In this document: positions 48,124 to 58,185 of the stretch, one piece after another | Position numbering within the stretch: the first letter of the stretch is position 1 | Layout: each line of letters starts with the position of its first letter | NCBI GenBank assembly: GCA_965203805.1 | Contig: OZ241917.1 | Coordinates: 32,001 to 96,000 of the forward strand | Origin: Candidatus Latescibacterota bacterium | GTDB taxonomy: Bacteria > Latescibacterota > UBA2968 > GCA-2709665 | DNA: 64,000 nucleotides | Direction of reading: 5' to 3' | Notes under the pieces: model-generated | What the model was told of the DNA's origin: nothing | Seen by the model: the letters and a program-made list of their open reading frames with translations, nothing else | Database searches by the model: none | Position numbers and translations under genes: made by a program

Positions 48124-50217
48124 TCAGCCGACGTCGATCACGAGATTGCCGTAGTCGTCCACGGTTACGGTACAATCGGGCGGAACAAGGGTTGTAGAGT
48201 CGATTTCCTCCACGATGGCGGGACCCGTGAAGCGGTTGTTCGCCTGAAGGCGGTACCGGTCGTAGATCGACGCGGGCGCCGGTTCGGTGGAACCCGGCAT
48301 GCGGACGTCGCGTTTCGCCTTCAGGGCCGTGCGCGAGGAAGGTCCGCCCTTGGGAACCTGCCGCCGGCTGGGGCGCGGCACGGCGCCCACGGCTGAGAGA
48401 CGCACGTTGACGATTTCCGTGGGTTCCTCCCGGGTTGCGAATCCGTACTGGCGCCGGTGGGCGGTGACAAAGGCGTCGTTCATCTTCCGGGGAAGGCTTT
48501 CCGACAGACGGCCGACGGGTACCCGAAGTTCGTAGGACTGGCCCAGATACCGCATATCGGCCTCGCGGACGAAGCGGATGTTGTCGCGGGAGACGCCTTC
48601 GCTCAAAAGCAGGCCGGTCGCGTGGTCTTCAAACTCGCGGTAGATGTCCGAAAGTCGGGTCACGTCCAGATCATCCGTCCTCTCGATATACGTGCGAACG
48701 TAGTCATGACGCAGGTCGGTAACAAGCAGTCCGAGCGCCGTGGTCACGCCGGGACTGGGCGGTACGAGGACGGTGCGGATGTGCAGCGCCCTGGCCAGCG
48801 CCACGGCATGGAGCGGGCCGGCGCCGCCGAAAGCCACCAGGACGAACGCGCGGGGGTCCACGCCTTTCTGGACCGACACGAGTTGGAGGATGCCCGTCAT
48901 ATTGGCATTGGCGATTTCAATCAGCCCGGCGGCTGCTTCCTCGACGGACAGATTCAGGGGACCGGCGATGCGCCGGCTGAGCGCCTCTTTGGCGAGCGAC
49001 TTGTCAAGGCGGAGTTCACCTCCCAGAAAGTAACCGGGATCGAGGCGGTCGAGAACGAGGTTTGCGTCCGTCAGCGTGGGTTCCGACCCCCCCTTTCCAT
49101 AACAGGCGGGTCCCGGCGCCGCGCCCGCGGATTGCGGGCCTACGGCAAGCGCCCCGCCCGGATCGACGTGGCCGATGCTCCCGCCGCCGGACCCGATTTC
49201 GACCAGATCGATCACGGGCGTTTTTACCGGATAACCCTGACCCTTGTCCCGGGTGGTGGTTGCAACCGCGGCATCGCCGACCTCGAATTCGGCGGCCAGG
49301 CGCGGCTGTCCGTTTTCGATAAGCGCCGCCTTCGCGGTTGTGCCCCCGATGTCCAGCGCAATCAGATCTTCGTACCCGGCCAGCCGGCCCACGTACGAAG
49401 CCGCGATGACGCCCGCTGCCGGACCGGATTCGATGAGCTGTACGGGCTGCTGCCTGGCGGTCCCGGAGGCGATGATGCCGCCGCCGGAAGTCATCAGGAA
49501 CAGGCCGGAGCCGGGGTTCACCGCTCCGAGCCGGTCCTCCAGGCGTTCCACGTAGGCGCCCACCGCCGGAAGCAGCGCGGCATTGACCGCCGTTGTGCTG
49601 GCGCGGGTATATTCGCGGTATTCGGGACAGATGTCGGAGGAGATGCAGACGGGCAGACGGGGACATGCTTCCCGGATGATCCCGGCGGCCCGCCGTTCGT
49701 GCGCCGGGTCCAGATAGGCGTGCAGGAAGCAGACGAGAATCGCTTCCACCCCGTCCTCGGCCAGTCTACCTGCGGCACGGTACACGGCGGCCTCGTCCAG
49801 GGGGACGAGAACCTCGCCATGGGCATCGATGCGTTCGGGTACGCCAACGCACAGGTGGCGCGGTACGAGCGGAGGGGGTTTGTCGTAGTCGAGGTCGTAG
49901 AGGTTGGGCCGGATCTGCCACGCGATCTCGAAAAGATCGCTGAAGCCCTCCGAGGCGATGAGCCCGATCCGGGCGCCTTTCTGCTGGATGATCGTGTTGG
50001 TCGCCACGGTCGTGCCGTGTACCACGAAGCCCACTTGCCGGGCCGTGAGCCCCTGGTTGTCGAGGCCGCGGGTATACGCTTCCATGAAAGCCCGTGAGGG
50101 ATCGTCAGGAGTGGAGGAAACCTTGACGGGGCGGAAGTCGCCCGTGTTTTCGTCCATCACCACGGCATCGGTGAACGTGCCGCCGATGTCGATGCCGATG
50201 CGGTAAGAGGCACTCAT
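48124..50217 (-). CDS. hydantoinase/oxoprolinase subunit A (second copy)
   Basis: DIGGTFTD, HGTTVATN, ESGPAAG, DIGGTT, SAGAAPGPACY, FGGAGP. Confidence 0.93.
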   Translation of the reverse strand: MSASYRIGIDIGGTFTDAVVMDENTGDFRPVKVSSTPDDPSRAFMEAYTRGLDNQGLTARQVGFVVHGTTVATNTIIQQKGARIGLIASEGFSDLFEIAWQIRPNLYDLDYDKPPPLVPRHLCVGVPERIDAHGEVLVPLDEAAVYRAAGRLAEDGVEAILVCFLHAYLDPAHERRAAGIIREACPRLPVCISSDICPEYREYTRASTTAVNAALLPAVGAYVERLEDRLGAVNPGSGLFLMTSGGGIIASGTARQQPVQLIESGPAAGVIAASYVGRLAGYEDLIALDIGGTTAKAALIENGQPRLAAEFEVGDAAVATTTRDKGQGYPVKTPVIDLVEIGSGGGSIGHVDPGGALAVGPQSAGAAPGPACYGKGGSEPTLTDANLVLDRLDPGYFLGGELRLDKSLAKEALSRRIAGPLNLSVEEAAAGLIEIANANMTGILQLVSVQKGVDPRAFVLVAFGGAGPLHAVALARALHIRTVLVPPSPGVTTALGLLVTDLRHDYVRTYIERTDDLDVTRLSDIYREFEDHATGLLLSEGVSRDNIRFVREADMRYLGQSYELRVPVGRLSESLPRKMNDAFVTAHRRQYGFATREEPTEIVNVRLSAVGAVPRPSRRQVPKGGPSSRTALKAKRDVRMPGSTEPAPASIYDRYRLQANNRFTGPAIVEEIDSTTLVPPDCTVTVDDYGNLVIDVG

Positions 50218-51968
50218 CGAATTGCGCTCCGTTCGAGGCGTTTGCGTTGTGCCCGCGTCGCCTCGAAGTCGACGGTCCAGGTCGCCGCGTTGTAGATGAC
50301 TCCGTAGGTTTCGCTCGCGGTCCTGGGCGATACCTTTCCGTCTCTCACGTCTCTGACGACGGCATCCGGTTCCCGTTCGTGCGGGCGGCCGAAGCCCCCG
50401 CCGCCCGGGGTCTGAACGCTGACGCGGCCGCCCTTCGGAACCGTGATGCTGACTTTGGAGGGAAGGCTTTCCGCCCTGCCGTCCGGATCCAGAATGAACC
50501 GTGCGGTGCGTCCGTCCCCACCGCCCCCGAGTCCCCATGGTGGAAAACGCGTGCCGTCTGAGAGGACCGTAAAGGTGGTGTCGCAGTCCGGAAACTCAAA
50601 ATCTCTCCTGATGCCGAGGCCGCCTCGAAACCGGCCGCCGCCGCCGCTGTCGGGTATCAGGCCGTAACGGGCGAAACGGATGGGATAGTTGATTTCCACC
50701 TCCTCGACCGGGGCGTTTTCCGTATTGTGGATGGTGGTCTGGATGGCATCCGGGCCGTCTTTGGCGGGTCGGGCGCCGTTGCCGCCGCCAACGGTCTCCA
50801 TGTAGCAGTAATACGCTTTTTTTCGCGGGTCGTTACCCGCGAAACCCAGGTTGCAGATAATGGCTTTGCCGCAGGCGGGAATCCGGTCCGGCAACGCGTC
50901 GCGCAGGGAGGTGAGGGTCAGCTCCGCCGTGAGTTGCGCCAGTTCCCACGCGCCGACAACGGCTGCGGGCCACGTTGCGGTGAGCACGGTTTTGTCCGGT
51001 CCTGTCACGTCCAGGCATCGGTAGAGTCCGTCGTTGACCAGGATGCGGGGATCGATCAGGCTCTTGATGACCACCGCGATGGCCGCCAGTGTGTTTGAGC
51101 GCGTGGCGTTCAGCGGGCCTGTCTGCTGCGGCGCGGACCCGGTGACGTCCAGTCTGGCGCTTCCGTCGCGGAGTTGGACGGCAACGGCGATTTTGACCGG
51201 TTCGTCATCGAATCCGTTGTTGTCGCGATAACCCTCAGCCTTGTATACACCGGCCGGCAATGCGGCGATCTCACGCCGCGCCCAGCGCTCCGTATAATCG
51301 AGCAGTTCGTCGAAGAAGGCCTCCACCCGGCCAATGTCGTAACGGTCCATGAGTTCGGTGATGCGCCGCGCGCCCACGAGGTTTGCGCCCATCTGCGCGC
51401 GCAGGTCGCCTCCGGTTTCGTGGGGCGCGCGCACGTTTTGCAGAATGAGGCCCAGTACGTTCTCGTCGATTTTCCCCCGGCGCATAATCTTCGTGGGAGG
51501 GATGATGATGCCTTCCTGGTAGATCTCGCGGTTTACGCCCAGGCTGCAGGGCGTGCTTCCCCCCACGTCAACGTGGTGGGCCATGTTGGCCAGGTACCCG
51601 AGCCGGGACTCTCCGGCAAAGACCGGCGCGATCAGGGCGATGTCGTTCAGATGGCTGCTTCCACGGTGAGGATCGTTCAGGATCAGGCCGTCGCCGGGAT
51701 CGAGGTTCTCCGCGCCGTATTCCCGGAGCGCGTTCGGGATCGCGGTCTTCATGGATGAGAGGTGCGGCGGCTGCGAGAAGGATTGTGCGACCACCCTGAA
51801 TGAAGCATCGAAGAAGGCACACGAAAAGTCGGCCCGGGTCTTGATATTCGTGGAATACGCGGTTCGGCGAATCGTGTATGCCATCTCTTCGGTTGCGTTC
51901 AGCAGTGCGTTTTTCATCACTTCGAACGTGATGGGGTCCATGGTCAGTTGAGATGATCGATCGGACAT
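50214..51968 (-). CDS. hydantoinase B/oxoprolinase subunit (second copy)
   Basis: EEM...RRTAYS.NIK..ADFS, NDPHRGSSHLND, HHVDVGG, DSGG.GRFRGG, TPGGGGFG. Confidence 0.93.
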   Translation of the reverse strand: MSDRSSQLTMDPITFEVMKNALLNATEEMAYTIRRTAYSTNIKTRADFSCAFFDASFRVVAQSFSQPPHLSSMKTAIPNALREYGAENLDPGDGLILNDPHRGSSHLNDIALIAPVFAGESRLGYLANMAHHVDVGGSTPCSLGVNREIYQEGIIIPPTKIMRRGKIDENVLGLILQNVRAPHETGGDLRAQMGANLVGARRITELMDRYDIGRVEAFFDELLDYTERWARREIAALPAGVYKAEGYRDNNGFDDEPVKIAVAVQLRDGSARLDVTGSAPQQTGPLNATRSNTLAAIAVVIKSLIDPRILVNDGLYRCLDVTGPDKTVLTATWPAAVVGAWELAQLTAELTLTSLRDALPDRIPACGKAIICNLGFAGNDPRKKAYYCYMETVGGGNGARPAKDGPDAIQTTIHNTENAPVEEVEINYPIRFARYGLIPDSGGGGRFRGGLGIRRDFEFPDCDTTFTVLSDGTRFPPWGLGGGGDGRTARFILDPDGRAESLPSKVSITVPKGGRVSVQTPGGGGFGRPHEREPDAVVRDVRDGKVSPRTASETYGVIYNAATWTVDFEATRAQRKRLERSAIR

Positions 51969-52095
51969 GCCCGGTCTCCCTGAACGGCTTCCCCGGGAAG
52001 TAAGCGGGGGGTGAACGAAACGTGGTATGATCGGCTGCAGCGCGCTGGCGGAACCGGAAGTCAATTCGCACTTTCGCTCCGCAGGAGGTTGTTTT

Positions 52096-55000
52096 CTACG
52101 ATGCGGCGCTCTCGCCGGCTTCCCGCCCGCTGTCCGGGGCGTAAGTCTGCCTCTGCCAGTGACCCGAACCGAAGATCCGGAATCGATCCACCCCCGGATG
52201 CAGAGCTGAAAATGCGATCTCATCGCCGGCGGACAGGAGATGGGCGGCCTCGAGGCGCAGGGCGAACCGGGTGCTGATACGGGTTCCATGTTCGTCCAGA
52301 ATGTCCGCCGCAACCGGGTCGTTCAGAGGTTGGAGGAAGGCCAGGTTTCGGCCCGGTCTCACTTTGTAGACGTTCAGGTTGTCTTCCCTGCCCTGGATCA
52401 CCGGGGGCGGCTCCACCCACGCGCGGTCTGTTTCGACCGCGGTGACAAGCAGATAGCCGACGGCAAGGTGGGGAAAGCCCGTCAGGCGCAAGGTATAGGT
52501 GCCTTCAGGATTGCGCACGCAGGATTGGATGGTGTAGGCGGAGGCACGAGCGCGGTGGCGGATGGTGATGGTATTGTTCGCAAAGACACTGGGGTCCGCG
52601 ATTGCTGAGTCCGGCCGGATCGTCAGAGACTTCCCGACGTCGTCGAATCCGGTGAGCATACCTTCGAGCGTAAGGCCGGATTCGACTCGGCGGCCACCGG
52701 ATTCCGCGAATGTCCCGCCGACCAGAGCCAGCGTCCGGAGACCCTCGGCATCGAACGACGCAATGGTGAGTTCGCCGTCGCTGCGCAGTGCCCGCCCGTT
52801 ACCGGAGATTTTACAGGGTGCGCCGGAGGGGTTGCTCAGAATCAGATCCGTACCCCGGTTGTGCGTCACCTGCAGTCCGGCCGCCTCGCCGCTTTCACAT
52901 GCCAGGCGGCTGGCCCGTTCGATGAACGGGGTCTTACGGTAGGGTTCGTGGACGGCCAGAAAGGCGTTCGGGTGGCGACGGTTGCGTCGGCGGACGGTGA
53001 CCAGCTTCATCTGTTCGCCGAGGTCGCGGTTGTCCAGCCAGCGCTGCGCGGGACCGGTGCCAACGATGATCTCGGATCCGGGCGAGTCGAGCATGTGTAA
53101 TCTGAGAAAGGCTTCCGTGTCGGTTACCGGTGCGCCGTCCGGGTCCGGGTATTCGGTCACGTCGCCCCAGGTTGCCGTCCACGGCCCGTCGCTTTGACCC
53201 GTACTGAGTTGCGCAACGCGCTGTGAACCCCACATGGCGCCCGCCCGTGGGGTGCGGCGGGACGGCGTGAACGTAAAGCCGCTGTAATCGTAGAGGGATT
53301 CCGCCGGGTCGGGCCGGTCCTTGAGATCGACGCCTTCGGTCGAAAAGCGATGCCCGTTGACGTGGAATGTCCAGTCGTGCAAGTGGCCGCCGCTGACGCG
53401 GAAGAGGTCTACGACGTAGGCGTTTTCGGCGTCGCAGTCGATCAGGGCGACGGTGCGCTGGAACCGGTCGGCCCCGGGCACTGTCGCGAGCTCGTCGGCG
53501 TCCTCCTCGGCGGCGTCGATTGCCTTGAATCCGGGCAGATCCACAAAAAATCGAAGGTCTCCACGGAGGTTGTCCGTACCCATCGGGTCGCCGTCCCGCG
53601 TACGGATGGCGACGGTATTGTGGGCAGGAAAGGTCTTTATCCAGTCCACCGTCATAAAGTGGGTGGATCCCATGTAGCCGAGGTCGGTTGCCAGTTCGTG
53701 GCCTGCCGCGTAGAGCGTGAGGTTGAGAGGCGCCATGTGGTAGTGCCCGACTCGCTCCGTGTAGTCGAGTGAGAGTGTGCGGGTACGGTCTCCCTCGCCG
53801 CTGCGCAGGATGGCTTTGCGGTTCTGGCCTAACAGGTGTGAAGGAAGGGGCATTGGAAGTTTCAGCGAGACGACGGGATCGCCCTCCGGATCGATGTTCA
53901 GGTAGTCCCGGTAACCATCCGGGATGCCGCCGCCATGGATTTCTGCCAAGGCGAGCTGTTCCAGCGGCATGGCGGCTCTGATGACACAGTCTTCCCAGGA
54001 AATGGGGCGACCGTCGGGGAAGCCGGTCTTGAGATACTGACCCAGGCCGTGCTTGAAGACGGGCAGGGATAACATGTTGATCCCGTTGAGTCTCCCGTCG
54101 TAATAGGGGGCGGTCCTGTCAAATGCGCCCCGCTGGCCGTGGATGGCCACCATCACCTCTGAAATTCCCCAGCTGGTGTACGAGGGGGAGCCCTCCTTGC
54201 CCAGACCGTCCCCGGTAAAGAAATTATGCAGAAAGTAGAGGATGTCTCTGGCCACGTTTTCGATAATCCGGTCGTCGCCGACGACGCGCCCGAGTTGCAG
54301 TCTGGGCATCTGGGTAGAGGAGGAAAGGTTGTCGGCGCCTGTGACAAGCGAATAGGGATGGAGGGTGTATTCCAGAATGCCGCGTTTGAGTTTTCGGCCG
54401 CGGGCCGCCAGTTTCAATGAATCGCCTTCGACGGACGTGAGGATGCGCAGCGCCGCGGCTTTCAGGTCGGACTCGGAGTCTTCGAAGGTCCCGGCAATCA
54501 GGCTGTAACCGACCAGGAGATCCTCGGCGAGGCTGGCTTTCCAGTTCCACACACCGGGGTATATGGAAGCGCCTTTGGTGCCGTAGCGGTCTCCCGGCGC
54601 GTTCAACGGGCGTTCCGGGTCCCCCTCGATATGATCGAACGGAGCGTAAAGGCGATACCCGGGATAGGATTTCGCGGGTGTATCCTCCTCGTAGAATCCG
54701 GTCAGGCGGTCCCGCAGATTCGCTTCGGATGTTTCCAGGAGTGCGGCAAGATAGGCGTCGCCGAGGAAAGCCCTGGCAAGCGTTACGAGGACGACGCGGG
54801 CCTTGCGGGCGTGTTTGCCTGCCGTGTCGGGATCGGATCTGAGCCTTGCAGCGTGGCTGGCTTCGCCCAGGCGATGGAGTACGCGGCCGGACAACGCCCG
54901 CAGGGAATTCATCCAGCAGAGGGCCTTGAAATAAAAGGCGTTGGTCGGTTCGACGTAGCCGTGGGCCTCGCCGTCCCAATGGTCCCAGGGGATTCCATCG

Positions 55001-55488
55001 TGCGCCCGGCTCCAGTCCTCGTCGTGGTCCTCGCGCCACACCTGGTCCGTGGGAAAGCAGCCGTCTCCGTCGTCGGGGTACCGGGGGTTGGGATAGAACG
55101 CATATTCGCGGCCCTCTTCCCTGCAATACGGACAGTAGAGGCGCCGGGGATCTTCGAGGGACCAGTCGAAATAGCTGTAATACCGTACACGAAACGGGTG
55201 GATGGGGCAGGCGCAGGTATAGATGCCGCGCGGCTCCCGGTGCCAGATGGTATCCAGGTACCATGCATCGGACCTGGCGGACCACTTTTCGGCGACAGCG
55301 AGAGACTCGTTTACCCACGAACAGGCGTCCTCGTCTCCGTCTGCGTACCTTCGGCGGAATTCCTCAATGGAATGAGCGCCGATCCAGACGTTGGGCCGGT
55401 CGGGGAATTCGACCACGCGGTGACCCATGTCTTCGGGCGGGGTCCAGGACGGTTTCACGAATCGTCGATCTCCGATTGGATCCGGCAC
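52096..55488 (-). CDS. heparinase II/III-like protein
   Basis: EGSPSY, GH.H..PLNL.LYA.G.EL..DLGY, AHNTV, RTVALID...YVVDLFRV.GG..HD. Confidence 0.75.
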   Translation of the reverse strand: MPDPIGDRRFVKPSWTPPEDMGHRVVEFPDRPNVWIGAHSIEEFRRRYADGDEDACSWVNESLAVAEKWSARSDAWYLDTIWHREPRGIYTCACPIHPFRVRYYSYFDWSLEDPRRLYCPYCREEGREYAFYPNPRYPDDGDGCFPTDQVWREDHDEDWSRAHDGIPWDHWDGEAHGYVEPTNAFYFKALCWMNSLRALSGRVLHRLGEASHAARLRSDPDTAGKHARKARVVLVTLARAFLGDAYLAALLETSEANLRDRLTGFYEEDTPAKSYPGYRLYAPFDHIEGDPERPLNAPGDRYGTKGASIYPGVWNWKASLAEDLLVGYSLIAGTFEDSESDLKAAALRILTSVEGDSLKLAARGRKLKRGILEYTLHPYSLVTGADNLSSSTQMPRLQLGRVVGDDRIIENVARDILYFLHNFFTGDGLGKEGSPSYTSWGISEVMVAIHGQRGAFDRTAPYYDGRLNGINMLSLPVFKHGLGQYLKTGFPDGRPISWEDCVIRAAMPLEQLALAEIHGGGIPDGYRDYLNIDPEGDPVVSLKLPMPLPSHLLGQNRKAILRSGEGDRTRTLSLDYTERVGHYHMAPLNLTLYAAGHELATDLGYMGSTHFMTVDWIKTFPAHNTVAIRTRDGDPMGTDNLRGDLRFFVDLPGFKAIDAAEEDADELATVPGADRFQRTVALIDCDAENAYVVDLFRVSGGHLHDWTFHVNGHRFSTEGVDLKDRPDPAESLYDYSGFTFTPSRRTPRAGAMWGSQRVAQLSTGQSDGPWTATWGDVTEYPDPDGAPVTDTEAFLRLHMLDSPGSEIIVGTGPAQRWLDNRDLGEQMKLVTVRRRNRRHPNAFLAVHEPYRKTPFIERASRLACESGEAAGLQVTHNRGTDLILSNPSGAPCKISGNGRALRSDGELTIASFDAEGLRTLALVGGTFAESGGRRVESGLTLEGMLTGFDDVGKSLTIRPDSAIADPSVFANNTITIRHRARASAYTIQSCVRNPEGTYTLRLTGFPHLAVGYLLVTAVETDRAWVEPPPVIQGREDNLNVYKVRPGRNLAFLQPLNDPVAADILDEHGTRISTRFALRLEAAHLLSAGDEIAFSALHPGVDRFRIFGSGHWQRQTYAPDSGREAGESAAS

Positions 55489-55549
55489 AGCGCCATCGTG
55501 GGATTACGCGGAGCGAGCGGTCGCCATGCGCCGGCCGGACACGTCCGGA

Positions 55550-56839
55550 TCAATCTGCGTGACCCTCGGCGATTTGCGCGAGGCGTTGGCCGTGACCGGC
55601 AACTTTCGAAAAGGCCCCGGCAACCTGGTCCACCCACGCGGGGCTGGGGTCAACCGGCGTTGACAGCCAGAAGCCGCAATCGTGGATGCGTTCGCTGATC
55701 GGCAGGTCTCCGCGGCTGTACGGAATCCTGGCGTCGGGAGGCAGGTCGCCCCAGGGTCCGCCGAGGTCGTCGAACGGGAAATCGTTGAAGAGCGGTTCCA
55801 GGTGCATCGCACCGTAGCCGAATGGCGTGATGGCCGGGGTTGTCGCCACGCCCTCCGCCACGAGTGCCTTCAGAACGGCGGAAACCGGCGCGCCGATTTC
55901 CGCCGGATCGATAAGCCCGGTATACAGCAGGAGTCCGCCCCGTACCGCCTGCGTGTAGGGTTTCTGGGGTTGGAAGCCCCGTACGGTTTCCAGTTGGCTG
56001 TCCAGCCGACCGAACCAGGCTCGCCTTTTTTCGTTCAGTCCCGGCAGCCGTTCGAGCTGAGCGCGGGCCAGGGCGATCCCCAACGGGTTCGCCCGGTATT
56101 TGACGCCCAGGCCCATGTTGCGGAGGTCCCTGAATCTGTCGGTGACAAACGCGTTCTCGCACCGTCCGTAGTGGCCCAGGGCCAGCATCCGGTCGTAGAG
56201 GTCGCCGTCGTTGGTGACGACCACGCCCGCTTCGATCCCGGTGACCGGCTTGCTTCCCTGCAGACTGAAGCAGCCGATGTGACCGAGCGAGCCGACAGGC
56301 GCGCCGTTCCAGAGGGCGCCGTGGGCGTGCGATGCGTCTTCGATCAGCGTGATGCCGGTTCCGTCGACGAGGTCCCGGAAAGCGTCCATATGGGCGGGAT
56401 TGCCGTAGACGTGGGTCACGATGATCGCGCACGTGTTTTCCGTGATTCGACGTTTGGCGTCTCCGGGGTCCGCGCAGAAGGTATCCGGGTCCGCGTCGCA
56501 GAAGACCGGTGTCGCGCCGCAGTGCAGGATAGGCGTAATGCTGGCGTGCCACGTGACAGAAGGCACGATGACCTCTTTGCCGGTCCGGGCGCCGGAGGCG
56601 AACACCGCCGAATGCAGGGCCGCCGTGCCGTTACAGGTGGCAATGGCGAATCTTGAGCCGGTGAAGGCGCGGAATTCCTCCTGGAAGAGGTCTATCTGCG
56701 AATAGGATTCACCCATGCCGCCTTCGATTACACTCAGGACGGATTGTTTCTCCAGGCCCGTTACGGTCATCCAGCCGTCATCCTGAGACTCTGTAACCGC
56801 CCGAGGCCCGCCATCGAGCGCCAGTTTCGATTGAGACAT
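55550..56839 (-). CDS. DegT/DnrJ/EryC1/StrS PLP-dependent aminotransferase
   Basis: LALDGG, NGTAAL, THVYGNP, EDASHAHGA, FSLQGSK (PLP Lys). Confidence 0.92.
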   Translation of the reverse strand: MSQSKLALDGGPRAVTESQDDGWMTVTGLEKQSVLSVIEGGMGESYSQIDLFQEEFRAFTGSRFAIATCNGTAALHSAVFASGARTGKEVIVPSVTWHASITPILHCGATPVFCDADPDTFCADPGDAKRRITENTCAIIVTHVYGNPAHMDAFRDLVDGTGITLIEDASHAHGALWNGAPVGSLGHIGCFSLQGSKPVTGIEAGVVVTNDGDLYDRMLALGHYGRCENAFVTDRFRDLRNMGLGVKYRANPLGIALARAQLERLPGLNEKRRAWFGRLDSQLETVRGFQPQKPYTQAVRGGLLLYTGLIDPAEIGAPVSAVLKALVAEGVATTPAITPFGYGAMHLEPLFNDFPFDDLGGPWGDLPPDARIPYSRGDLPISERIHDCGFWLSTPVDPSPAWVDQVAGAFSKVAGHGQRLAQIAEGHAD

Positions 56840-56927
56840 TTCCCTTGTTCTCCTGGAATTTGATCCGTATGAAACGCCGGCGTTCCGTGATGCGGGTGCC
56901 CTGACATGGGCACGGCATTCCGCGCAG

Positions 56928-56965
56928 AAAAAAGGCCGCCTTCGCCGGATTCCCGGGAGGGCGGC
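56928..56965 (-). terminator. terminator-like hairpin in the 5' leader of the aminotransferase cluster
   Basis: Minus strand GCCGCCCTC..GAAGGCGGC C TTTTTT. Confidence 0.55.
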
Positions 56966-56986
56966 GGCAGCCGGCAGAGGTGTTCC

Positions 56987-57015
56987 ATAATAGCATGGGC
57001 GGTGGAAATTGTCAA
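56987..57015 (-). promoter_or_regulatory. sigma70 promoter (divergent pair, leftward)
   Basis: TTGACA-N17-TATTAT with extended TG on the minus strand. Confidence 0.65.
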
Positions 57016-57038
57016 AGCGGAAGGCGACCCGTCGAAGC

Positions 57039-57067
57039 TTGACAGTCCCGCCCGCGTGTGTTATATA
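57039..57067 (+). promoter_or_regulatory. sigma70 promoter (divergent pair, rightward)
   Basis: TTGACA-N17-TATATA with extended TG. Confidence 0.6.
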
Positions 57068-57104
57068 TAATAAATCGAAGCATTCTTCCACGGGGGCCTA
57101 TCGG

Positions 57105-57605
57105 ATGATGCGATTCAGGGTGGTATTGAAGGCGATCACAATCCTGCTGGTGGGGTCGGGCGCGGGCCTCGCTTACAACGCCCTGTCCGACTCGGGCATT
57201 CCGCTTCGTACGCCCAGAAACGTGACGGCATTGGAACATGTGAACTGGAGCCTCTACCTCGAGGGCGTCCGTGCGAGTCTTGCCGACGCGAAAGCTGCGT
57301 ACGATTCCGGGACCGTTATCTTTCTGGATGCGCGCATCTCGCGGTCCTATGCAGCCGGACACATTCCGGGTGCGTTGAATCTGACGCCTCACGACGTCAA
57401 CACGGACGGCAGGGAAAAGCTAATGGGTATTCGCAGGGATGCGCAAATCATCACGTACTGCGGGGGCGCCAGATGTCAGGCCAGCGTCAAGCTGGCCCAT
57501 CTTCTGAAGCAGGGCCTGGGGTTTACGCGCGTACGGGCGTTTTTCGATGGATGGGGCGCCTGGGTGGACGCCGGTTATCCGGTAAGAAAAGGGAATGACC
57601 CATGA
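57105..57605 (+). CDS. membrane-anchored rhodanese-like protein
   Basis: N-terminal TM; FLDAR....Y..GHIPGALN, TYCGGARC..S, GWGAW..AGYP. Confidence 0.9.
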   Translation: MMRFRVVLKAITILLVGSGAGLAYNALSDSGIPLRTPRNVTALEHVNWSLYLEGVRASLADAKAAYDSGTVIFLDARISRSYAAGHIPGALNLTPHDVNTDGREKLMGIRRDAQIITYCGGARCQASVKLAHLLKQGLGFTRVRAFFDGWGAWVDAGYPVRKGNDP

Positions 57606-58060
57606 GGTGGGCCCGGAACGGAATCCCGGTCGTTCTGCGCCTCGTGCTGGGCGGTGTGCTGGTCTGGGCCGGACTGGCCAAGGTGTCGGAACCGGCGTTG
57701 TTCGCCCTGACCGTGCGGGCGTACAACGTGCTTCCTCATGTTTTCATCAATGGTTTCGCGGTGGTCGTCCCGTGGATGGAAATCGCCGTCGGCGCGTGCC
57801 TGCTTTCGGGATTCTGGTCCCGGAGCGGCGCGCTGGCCGGGCTCGCCTTGCTCGTGTCTTTTGGTATTGCCATCACCATTAACATCTACCGTGGCGCAAA
57901 TCTGGACTGCGGCTGCTTCGGGTTGGACGGCACGCGCGGCTCACTCAATGAGGCGCTCGTGCAGGATCTCCTGCTGATCGGATGTTCGCTGGTATTGTTG
58001 TTCGTGAGACGCATGCCGTTTTCGCTGGATCGGTGGCTTTTCGAAGACGGCGATCCGTAG
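57602..58060 (+). CDS. MauE/DoxX-family redox-associated membrane protein
   Basis: RLVLG.V.V.AG.AK, PW.E...G..L, DCGCFG. Confidence 0.9.
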   Translation: MRWARNGIPVVLRLVLGGVLVWAGLAKVSEPALFALTVRAYNVLPHVFINGFAVVVPWMEIAVGACLLSGFWSRSGALAGLALLVSFGIAITINIYRGANLDCGCFGLDGTRGSLNEALVQDLLLIGCSLVLLFVRRMPFSLDRWLFEDGDP

Positions 58061-58185
58061 ACGCGGCGGCGTGTAACAAAGAACGTGTTGTCTGTTTTGG
58101 CGTTATCAGGAGCGGCGCCGTTTTGCGACGGTTCCGCCTTTCTGATTTAAGACGAAAAAAAAGACCCGTTCCAGGGTGATGACGC

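Noticed and set aside
57105-58060. Selenocysteine in the rhodanese or MauE/DoxX genes (also checked TlpA at 28802-29302)
   Set aside because: All active-site positions are Cys codons and the ORFs are uninterrupted.
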